Positions 53,290 to 64,000 of a stretch of 64,000 nucleotides of DNA are shown here, piece by piece. The stretch spans positions 1,984,001-2,048,000 of the forward strand of contig OX597817.1 of the NCBI GenBank assembly GCA_951406725.2, read 5' to 3'. Position 1 is the first letter of the stretch, and the number at the start of each line of letters is the position of its first letter. The notes beneath the pieces were generated by a model that did no database searches, was not told the origin of the DNA, and saw only the letters and a program-made list of their open reading frames with translations. The translations under genes were made by a program, and so were the position numbers. This DNA is from Octopus vulgaris (Eukaryota).

Positions 53290-53859
53290 CTGTCTGGAGT
53301 TATCATTAGTGATGGCGACGTTATGCCTCCCTTCATCTTCTCACACGGCCTCAGACTCAACACGAAGGCCCTCATCAAGTGTATGGAGGAGGTAATGCTG
53401 CCCTGGGTAAAGAGGGGGGCTGCTGGAAGACCCTATGTCTGGCAACAGGACTCTGCACCATGTCACACAAGCAGGAGGACCCAGTCATTGCTGTCAGACA
53501 ATTTCTGCGACCACATCATCCATAACATCTGACCACCTAACTCCTCAGACTACAAACCCTTGTTTATTACGTATGGGTCGCAGTTGAGCGAGTGACTAAC
53601 AAAACTCTTCTTTGTAACACCAAAGATGAACTGAAGGCAAGGATTATGGCAGAATTCAATTCAGAGATCGTCCAGAAGAGTCGCAGGAGATTCTGAAGAC
53701 GTCTGGAGGTTGAAGCCAATGGCGATTTTATTGAATAAATTTTCTCTTTATTATTTCAAGATATTTTTATGCAATTTTGGTAAATAAACCTGTTAAAATG
53801 AGGTGTCAGTGTCATTTTCATTTTTGCATAATTTAAACGACAGTTTATTCAACGCACCT

Positions 53860-53861
<2 letters not shown>
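53290..53861 (+). mobile_element. maT (DD37D-like) transposase 3' half with terminal repeat
   Basis: GDVMPPFIFSHGLRLN...GRPYVWQQDSAPCHTS...PPNSSD...EANGDFIE*. Confidence 0.85.
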
Positions 53862-53911
<50 letters not shown>

Positions 53912-54230
53912 ATATATGTGTGTGTGTGTATGTGTGTGTGTATATGTATGCATGTATGTATGTATGTATGTATGTATGTATGTATGTATGTATGTATGTA
54001 TGTGTATGTATATTTACATCTATATTTACTGCAATTTTTGTAGCTTATTAAAGATGTCCTCGTACGAAACAATTGTACCGATATTTGATCCATTCTTGTT
54101 GCCTTTTTCCTATTTGTAATCACCCCACTTGTCGTATGGTTAACACCATATAGATTTCCGGTGCATCCTAGTTAAGGACCATATTCATGTGAATTCATTA
54201 GAACTCACTTGAATCTCAATTACTTAAACC

Positions 54231-54352
<122 letters not shown>

Positions 54353-54419
54353 ATATGTATATTGTTGTGCGAGCGTACGACGGCCCTGAGAATGGGACCA
54401 GTACATATTAATAGTAGCT

Positions 54420-55920
54420 GTCTGAGTAAGTGAGATAGTTCGTGTGGAAGCGGTGGTAAGAGCAAGAATTAACCGCGATAAATCGGTCGGCTTGCAGCTC
54501 GGCGCCTGGAGAGGTAAGTCGATGCTGTCCAACAGCATCATCGGACGCTGGACAGACGGTCCGGTGAAAATGCTTGGGGTCTGGTTTGGTCCAGGCCACC
54601 AGATAGAGAAGAATTGGAGTGAGATTATGGGAAGAGTGGCGTCCATAACTCAATCCTGATCTGGGCAGAAGTTATCCCCGAAAGAGAGGGCGGAGGTGGC
54701 AAAGGTGTTTATCGTCATTACCTATCACCTAACCGTGGTGCCGTGCCCCGATTCGTGGCTAAACAAGTTGGAATGCATGTTCTTTCTCTTCTTGTGGGAG
54801 GGCTGGCGGCCTCTTGTAAGGCACTCTATCTGCTGCCAACAGCCGCTAAAGGGTGGGTTAGGGATGCAGTAGCGAAAGATTCGCAGGCATGCGCTGTGGT
54901 TGATGCATCTCTGGCTCTACCTGGATGGTGAGCAGGTGTGGTCTCCGTTCGTTGCCGTGATATTACCCAGGTTCAACTCTTTTGGTGAACTGGAAAACTG
55001 GATCAGTCGTAGACCAAGATTGGGAGCTTGGCAAGCAGAGTGTCGACTGGTGCCCGTGCTTCTCTCTCGAACGAGCATTGCGGGCGGAGGGGGTACCACC
55101 TCTGTGTACTATAGAGGGCTGGTAGAGGACAAGTGTGATGACGGCCTGGGGAAGATTTTGGGTTTCGATGAAAGTCAGCTTGCCAACCTGCATCGAAAGC
55201 CTAGGACCTATGGACAAATTCCCGTGGTCCCTGGCTTGACTGTGCTTCCGAAGTGCCTTGCCAGTTCTGGATAAACTCGCAAGGTACGGCGTTATGGTTT
55301 CGCCTCCGTGCCCACGTTGCGGTGAGAGCAAAAAAACTGTTTTGCATACAATCGTACGGTGTCCGAGTCTCTTGGACTTGTGGGTTTCTACCGAACGGGT
55401 ATTGTGACAGCTGGAGAGAGTATAGCTGTCAGCCGAGTCGACTTTTAAGATCGCTTCGTTGTTTTCTATAAAAGGAGAAGAGAGATTCTGTTTTCTAGCC
55501 GTAGTAGCTATAGCGAAAGAGGTGATATGGAAGACGCGTGGAAGAGGTATCGCATCAGGCACCTTCGTCTCCAGGTATGTTTTGATTAACCTCTTTTAAT
55601 ATCACCTGAGAGGGAAAGCACGTCTAAAGAAGAAATGTCTGACGTCAAAAAAGTACGAAAAAAGATGGAAGAAAGTAGCCCGAGTGTTGGGTATGTAAGT
55701 TCCTAGTTAAAGTGGGGTGGAGGACGAAGTAAACGGTTCAACGCTGGGGCGTGGTTGGTGAGATTAAACCCATTCCGCGTCCATTCATTCTTTCATTTTC
55801 ATTGAAATTATAATGTATTTATTCACTATATGTAATCTCATCCGATAAGTCCCCAACTCCTATTTGTCCTGTGTATTGTCCCCTCTTTGTTAAACCCTTA
55901 TGGTTTGGATAAAATCATCG
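54420..55920 (+). mobile_element. Tx1/L1-clade LINE 3' portion (post-RT region plus zf-RVT)
   Basis: GARIN.DKS-like start, VKMLGVWF, NWSE, GGLG, CPRCGESKKTVLHTIVRCP. Confidence 0.8.
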
Positions 55921-56393
55921 GGCTAGTTCCATAATTCGTGTGTTGATAGTTCAAAGCTGGAGTTCAAAGTTACCAGTTCGAGTTAGCATATTGGATTGTT
56001 GGTAAAAGATTGTTGTTACGTCCCGTGTGGTTCCTGCTGTTTGTATCGATTACATTGTTACTACACTTGCAGTGTATTCGTTTGTCCATAAGGACATAAC
56101 AATTGGTCACTTTGGTCAAACAAAGATTAGAGAAGATACATTGGCAAAGTGTTTTACAGTGAGATCACGCAATGGACAGCGTGGTTCAAAGCGAACTCAT
56201 TAACAATACGGTTACTACGTGAGTTTTTTGAAAGCAGCTGCAGACGTCAGAAGCTTACTTTGAGAATGAATTAACAATAGAAAAAGAATGATTTATATAA
56301 CAGTTTTTTTTAGACATGTTATATTGAAAACATGACTATGTTCCCAAATGTTCCAGTATAATACACACATACACCCCAATATACATACATACA

Positions 56394-56427
<34 letters not shown>

Positions 56428-56453
56428 CATACATACATACATATATACATACA

Positions 56454-56485
<32 letters not shown>

Positions 56486-56499
56486 AATAAATGAATAGA

Positions 56500-57077
<578 letters not shown>

Positions 57078-57096
57078 TGCGCGTGCATGTGTGTAT

Positions 57097-57405
57097 CATG
57101 TACTTGAAGCACTTTCAGATCAACCCCGACACCTGGGATAGGTAAGCACAGGTCCGTTCTGCCTGGCGTAGCTACAGCAACAGAGGTGCCACCTCCTACG
57201 AATAGGGTCGAAAGAGCCCAAAGAAAACGTGAGCTGTGCCTGCTCCAGAGCCAACTCCTTGCCTTCATTCCCAGAAGACCAACAGTGTCTGACATACGAC
57301 AGAACTTTCAGAACATGCTCTGGCCTGATCGGCCACAGCCGGACGTACCGTGACTCTTCTTCCTTGTGATGTCCTGGTTATCGCCGACAACGACGGATGA
57401 ATATT
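57097..57405 (+). mobile_element. RTE (BovB-like) 3' end
   Basis: LKHFQINPDTW...RSAWR...RTFRTCSGLIGHSRT. Confidence 0.7.
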
Positions 57406-58139
57406 ATCATGAACCTACAGCAAAGAGAAATAACAATACACCCCACTGATCAACACAAATGAAAACTAAACGGAAACATTATTAGCCAATCTAATCTATC
57501 GATTATTTAACAAAAATATATCATTAATGATGGAAGCAGTGTTCATAGCGCGGCAAAATACTAAAATAAACAAAACCGGTAACAAACGCTGGTTACAAAA
57601 AAAAACGAAACTCCAAATTTATAACATAAATCTATTGATGAAAATTCAAATCCCGGCGGCAATGGTTCCAGCTATTACCCTGTAATATTTCTTCCTGAAA
57701 ACGAGACTAAGAAAGTCTTCAAACGTTGACGATGGATTTAAGGACCTTAGTGTTAGTATCAATCCGTATATATAAAAAAGAGGAGCTTAATCATATACTG
57801 AAAGGCAAAAAAGAAAGAATTCTTTCAGCAAAGGGAAAAGTCGTCTTCTGAATACGGCATGTCTAAAAGGAAAGCTGTTCAAAACATACGTCTATGCGTG
57901 CGCGCACACACACACATTCTCAAGTACATACACACTCATATACATACGTTTGTTTGAGAATTTATTTTATTCTTACCAGTGTAAACCGGTTTATCGAGTT
58001 GTACCACTTTATGCCAAAGAAATATAAAGCAAGTATTTGGCAATAAATTAAGACCGATCCAGAGTAACATTTATTAACTTCTAAAATTTACTTGCTAACA
58101 GGTTAAAAATAATGTTTCCCATTTTTTTGATAATATGGA

Positions 58140-58375
58140 ACCACGCGGCTTAATGGTTGCGGTGTTATACTAATGATCGTGAAATTGTAGTTTCGATTCC
58201 TGGACAGGACGATGAGTTATCTTCTTGAGCAAAACCCTTCATTTCAAGTTGCTCCAGTCCACTCAGCTGGCAGAAAAGTGTAACCCCTTGACGGACAGTC
58301 GTCCCGTCCATTGAAGAATATATACGCCACAGAATCAGAGGAAACCGGCTTTATGAGCCTATGGCTTACGAATGA
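58140..58375 (+). mobile_element. Decayed tRNA-SINE
   Basis: B-box-like gtttcgattcc, CORE-like gttgctccagtccactcagctg, tail ggaaaccggctttatgagcc. Confidence 0.6.
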
Positions 58376-59193
58376 CCTTTAATTTTTTTCTATGGTCGGT
58401 TGACAATAGAAGTCAGATCCATGACATCGAATATAAAACACATTAAAAAGGAACTGTATCTTCAATAAAGAATCTTCACTTGACATAAAATTTAGCATCA
58501 ATAGCAATAATTTCTCACAGAGTAAGTCTCTATGTGGGCTCGGCCTGCTAAAAATAGCAGTTAAATCTTTCTCAAACTAATCACTACTGACTTAATTACT
58601 TTGAACGGGGATATGCGAAAACATAAGGGCTTGACATAGCCAACACGCCGTTGATAATAGGGATGTGAGCAGCAACAAAGTGTATAGGTAGATATTAACC
58701 GGTTAAGATGATACCTCGTTGTTGTAGTTATTCCTTTAAAACTATCTGGAAGAATGAAAGAGAAAATTGATCCCGCTAGGATCTGAAGGCAGAATGCAGA
58801 ATGAAAAGAAACCTATCAAATACTGATATTTCAGAAGTTTCCAAGTTATTCTAGGGTAAGATAGCTCTGTGCTGACCACACCATCCTGAGGAGTATTAAT
58901 AATGAATAAACCTGAAACATGATTAAAGTTGCCGCACTGCAGTCAACATTCAGACTCATTCCTCCCTTGCATATCTCTATCTAACTTTTGGTGACTTGAA
59001 ATTTTGGGAGTTCTTTCCTTGATTCCTATTGCAGATAATTTTCTTCAACGTAAATAAATTTCTTTTTAATTACTGTTAAAACTTCCATTACTTGATTATT
59101 TTTAGCTCACCACATTAAGCAGAGTAGCCTGCAATACATAAGCAATTCCTGGGGAATCTCCTTTGATATTATTTTTAACTTCTCTGATCACGT

Positions 59194-59264
<71 letters not shown>

Positions 59265-59269
59265 CAGAC

Positions 59270-60720
59270 AATATCTTTTATCTTTTATCTTTTACAGGGC
59301 TGAGGTCATGCTGGTGCACCACCTGTAGTTACTCGGTATTGTTTCCGATATTGTTTGTGGTGAAGTAGCGAGTTGGACGGAGCTGCTCTTCTTTGCGTCT
59401 CCTGCCGCGATGTGGGTTCATCTGGTATCTCAGATAGAAACCTGTCCAGACGTTCCTTGAAAACCTCCACATCAACACCATGTAGATATCTAAGGGTACC
59501 TGGAATGATGATGAACAATTGCGGGCCCTTGAAACCGAGAGTATTGAGGAAGATGGGATCTTTGGTATGATGCAGTGCTGTCCAGTTCGAGGATTTGTAT
59601 AGCTGTCAATTTCAAAACTGGGAGCGAAACCCTCCAAGAGCTTACAAATATATATCACCACATCTCTCTCTCGTCTTCTCTCCAGGGAATAGAGACTCAG
59701 CTCCTTTAGCCTCTCCCAGTAGCCCATCTTTTGCATCGAGTCAATCTTCTTTGTGTATTGGCGCTGGATTGCTTCGAGTTCCACAGTTTGTTTCACACTC
59801 TCTGGGGTCTATAATTTGGTGCAGTAGTCCAAGCGGCTGAGAACGAGTGCCTTCCACAGGGGTAGCAAGGCTTCCCTTTTCCTGGTTCTGAAAGTCCTCA
59901 GAATCCATCCAGCCACTCCCCTGCACAGTGCTACCATCTTGGTAATATGCACATGGAATGTTGCATCATTGCTCATGTGAACCCCCAGGTCACGCAACCA
60001 CTCTGACTCTGGGATCTTATTACCTTCTGGTCCAGTGTATTCCGATTTTAGCCTGGTGTTGGGCCGATAGTGGAGTGCCTAAAATTTCGTAACATTGAAC
60101 TGCATGCTATTTATGTCAGCCCATTTGTAGATTTCGTTCAGGTCTTTCTGCAGTTTTATGATGTCTTCTGGGTTCCTAATTGCCTGCAATGCTTTTCGAG
60201 TCGTCTGCATAACTGGTCAGGTTGGCTGACTGTACCATGGAGAGCATGTCTGAGAGGGCCACCACAAATAGTAGTGGCCCTAGTAAAGTTCCTTGTGGGA
60301 CTCCGCCGAGAATTGGTGTCTCTTCAGAATGAGCACCATTGGCTACAAGTGTCTGACTCCTGCCCTTCAGAATATCATGCAGTCACCTCCCAGTTTCCCG
60401 GTGACACCAAAATTTTGCAGGTTGTGACTTATCATGCCATGATCAACCTAGACGAAAGCCTTAACAAAGTCGAAGTATATCACGTCTACAGCTGTCTGGT
60501 TTAGCGGCTGTTCCAGTACCCAGTCATGGTGCTGCAGCAAATGTGTCAGGCAGCTCCTCCCTGGACGTAAGCCATGTTGCGTGTTTGTGAGAAGGTTGTT
60601 TTCTTCTAGGAACGTGAACAGCCTTTTTCTGACAATGCGTTCCATTGTCTTCTATCATGTGAGGTCAGAGAGATGGGTCTGTAGTTTTTAGCATCTGCTC
60701 TGCTCTCTCCTTTATGGACA
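59270..60720 (-). mobile_element. CR1-like LINE remnant
   Basis: NYRPISL, MERIV...QHGLRPGRSCLT, YFDFVKAF, RDLGV, LEAIQR..TK, YWERLKELSLYSLERRR. Confidence 0.88.
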
Positions 60721-60759
60721 GGGCATATTATATCCTCTTTTAGGTATGTATATATATAA

Positions 60760-60790
<31 letters not shown>

Positions 60791-61217
60791 TGTATGTATG
60801 TATGTATGTATGTATGTATGTATGTATGTTTGTATGTATGTATGTATGTATGTATGTATGTATGTATGTATGTATGCATGTATGTATATATCTTTACATG
60901 GTTTCTGATAATGTAACGGTAATTATAATTCGCTAAGGCTAAGGAGGTCAAACTATTATATCTTTATACTATTGTTGTGTGTTAAGATTTAAGATTTATG
61001 ACGTGTGCCGTTGCAGCGGTAATACTGTAACTTCAACAAAGACTTGCAATTGATATAAATGACATTATTATAATTAAATATCTTATGGTACGTGAATACT
61101 CCTCAATGTCTTCTGGGTACAAATTTCGCCTGAGTTCTGCGGTCAGTAATATAACTTAACATTGTGGTTGACTATACGCTAGTCAAATCTCGCCGCATTG
61201 TGACCACACTAGATGGT

Positions 61218-61562
61218 GAAGGGGCATGTCTCAGTGGTTAGGGCTCCGGTCTCACAATCACGAGGTAGTGAGCTCGATTCCAGGACCGGGCTGTGTGTTG
61301 CGTTCTTGAACAAGACCCTTTATTTTCCCGTTGCTCCAGTCCACTCAACTGCAGAAATGAGTTGCAACATCACTGGTGCCAAGCTGTATCGGCCCCTTGC
61401 ATTTCCATTGGATAACTTCACTGGTGTGGAGAGGGGAGGTCGGTGTGCATGGGTCACTGCTGGTCTTTCATAAACAACCTTGCCTGGACTCGTGCCTCGG
61501 AGGGTAACTTTCTAGGTGCAATTCCGTGGTCATTCATGACCGAAGGTGTCTTTATCCACCCC
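61218..61562 (+). mobile_element. Full-length tRNA/CORE-like SINE
   Basis: A-box-like ctcagtggttagg, B-box-like gctcgattcc, body shared with 6375-6650 and 20885-21130. Confidence 0.8.
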
Positions 61563-61625
<63 letters not shown>

Positions 61626-61650
61626 TTTATTTTAAGCAGCAGAAAATTCA

Positions 61651-61702
61651 ACAAAATCTGTTACTCTGAGTTTCTCGTTGCCGTTCATCAGACAGTTTTT
61701 GC
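61651..61702 (-). ncRNA. Minimal type I hammerhead ribozyme (PLE-associated type)
   Basis: Minus strand reads aaaaacugu-CUGAUGA-acggcaacga-GAAA-cucagag-UA-acagauuuu. All core nucleotides are present; stem I cugu/acag, stem II cg-gcaa-cg, stem III ACUC/GAGU. Confidence 0.7.
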
Positions 61703-61918
61703 TAGAATGGAACTTATATATTAATTCAATCTATACTCTTACAAACGCTACACCTTTAAAAAGAAATGGACTTGTTTGATTGGCCCTTTAGAAAAAACGG
61801 TCAATCTTCGAGCGATAAACAAAAAGGTCAAAAATATATGTATATATATATAAAAAAACTTATAAAAATTATAAAATCCGAGGAAAAAACCTATTGCCGT
61901 TAATGAAATATATATAAA

Positions 61919-61954
<36 letters not shown>

Positions 61955-62064
61955 TGTATGTATGTATGTATGTATGTATGTATGTATGTATGTATGTATG
62001 TATGTATGTAGGCATGTATGTATGTGTGTGCGTGTGTGTGTGTATTATATATAGATAGATACAG

Positions 62065-62106
<42 letters not shown>

Positions 62107-62624
62107 AATTGGACATGGGCGATCGTTGTATTCTTTCTTGTCTTGAGGTTCATACCCAAACGGCTGTGTGGATTCGCGTGAAAAATGGCACACATGTAGA
62201 GACTGCTTTATAGATTGGAATGCGATTTGTATTTTTTCCTAGCCCCCATAGTTGCCGAGAAAATTGATTAAAACTTTTCTAATGGAATTCCCCTCTTTGT
62301 TCCGCCATTAAAACAACCAATTGCTCACACAGCCGGCATATTCCATTTCGCTACCAACAAGGTGGGAGTACAGGATGACAGTCAGCCAAAACTTTGGATT
62401 TCTTCTTTCACCTGTTTGTGGGGTTAATAATCTAAATCTTTAGTTACAGTTTCTCATCCAAACTAAATAATTGACAGAATTGTCGGATTAAGACAGTAGG
62501 GTGTTTTGAGGGAGATTTGGCTGCTATTTCTACCAGGTCTAGCTACCATGTACAGGTCTAAACTTAATTTTCATTCACATATGCCTAACCGAACGAAAAC
62601 GGTCACAGCCACATCATCCAAATA

Positions 62625-62652
62625 GAGCAGGTGAAACCGGGCTTAGCTGCTA

Positions 62653-62654
<2 letters not shown>
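62625..62654 (+). mobile_element. Helitron-like 3' terminus (GC-rich stretch then CTAG|T)
   Basis: gagcaggtgaaaccgggcttagctgctagt. Helitron-like 5' ends also at ~63673 (tctattataataaaa) and ~10860 on minus. Confidence 0.4.
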
Positions 62655-62697
<43 letters not shown>

Positions 62698-63737
62698 TAC
62701 AATCACACACACACACACATACATAAAGATATAAACAGCGAATTAGGTCATTAAAAATATAAAACCTGCTGCTACTAAAACTAGTAGACAACAATTTTCA
62801 ATATACCAACGGAATGTTATGATAATGTAAATGATACCTTTGTAAAACATTTCTCATACTGGTTGTAGCTTTTCTAGATCTTAAAGAATTAGAATGTTAA
62901 TGTGGTTTCAGTTAAAAATTTTAGAATATTCTCCTTTTTTATTTCTGATTTAACTATATTCTAAAAATGTGACCCACATATCAATTATCTGGTGCTAAAT
63001 TAGGTATCCTGCAGCCACAGGAGGTTTCATTTCAAGAAGTGTTGAAATTTAATTATTCAAGCGCACCAACATACGCAGACACACACATACAGCGAAACAC
63101 AAACAAACACACACAAATACACAGACACACATACACACTCAGCGTAACACAAACACAAAAAGTGAAGCACAAGAGTAAGGACTGTTTCCTTAAAGTCTTT
63201 GCTTTACGTTCATTATGAGATGTGTGCTGCATTGGTCCACCTAATGAAGCATCACCACCTTGCTGTTGCACATATACTTAAATGATTCTGATCTTCCATC
63301 CATGTTTATCTTCCACTGCATGTAATCGTTGTTCTCATTGATATCCAGTGAAATTTATTTACTGGCCAACCAATGTGATCATAGCCACTTCGCGAAGTGG
63401 GTGGTCACTAAGCGGTTTTCTTTACTTTTCCAGTGGTGTCCAGCAAAGTGAAATCCTCCTTCTATAACAGTATCTGGGGCGTTAGGTAACTTATTGCATA
63501 GTTCTAATTATTAGATTATGCATCAATATAGCAGAGTTATTAATAATGAAAAATGACAGTGTGCAGTAAGGAAAAATGATGTCTCAGATATCAGATATCA
63601 GTAGCTGGAATAAGAACTACGATGAATGCTAGCGATAAAAAAAGCATGAATTTGTGTGGTGTATTCCACTTAATCTATTATAATAAAAGCGAAATTCTGT
63701 CTGTGTGGGGTCCCTGTATCTCACTGTACATTTGCTC

Positions 63738-63817
<80 letters not shown>

Positions 63818-64000
63818 TATATAAATCCTTTTGGAATCAGGATGATCACGGGATAGAAAAGCTGCCCTTCATATGGTGCTAGAAATCCAGCATTGGGATT
63901 TGATTTAAAAGCACTTTGCTATTTCTAGCAAGTAAAGTTTAACTGATTCACGCAATCTTGCTTGGCGTTTGTCAGAGGACATCAGAGATCAAGGGGGGAG

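Noticed and set aside
63170-63460. Possible Tc1-like transposase remnant on minus (QQQGGD)
   Set aside because: Too decayed to support; no catalytic motif or TIR identified.

Overview
AT-rich, microsatellite-dense animal genomic DNA. The tRNA-SINE families and repeat style suggest a coleoid cephalopod such as Octopus (inference). Most ORFs in the supplied track are translated microsatellites or SINEs. Host genes: (1) the last four coding exons of ERCC4/XPF on + (5382-5552, 13214-13354, 16283-16369, 20283-20528), with canonical phase-0 splice sites, the nuclease motifs GDY and ERKxxxD, and the C-terminal HhH2 domain; (2) an unrecognised two-exon gene on + (33758-33836, 38135-38577) encoding a ~173-aa type I membrane protein with signal peptide, Thr-rich stalk, TM helix and a C-terminal EKYTLL sorting motif. 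The rest is transposable elements: a nearly intact Penelope-like element (RT plus GIY-YIG), LINE remnants (RTE, R4/Dong, Tx1/L1, CR1), DNA transposons and MITEs (Tc1/mariner/maT, Tigger, hAT, piggyBac) and several SINE families. Most notable: a ~1.45-kb palindrome with slightly diverged arms (49750-51194), a minimal type I hammerhead ribozyme with an intact core (~61651-61702, minus) plus several decayed relatives, an RTE family ending in three tandem C2H2 fingers, and a 25-nt hairpin module repeated in variable number in RTE 3' tails that has seeded an 88-bp minisatellite. All calls are by eye; no database searches were run.
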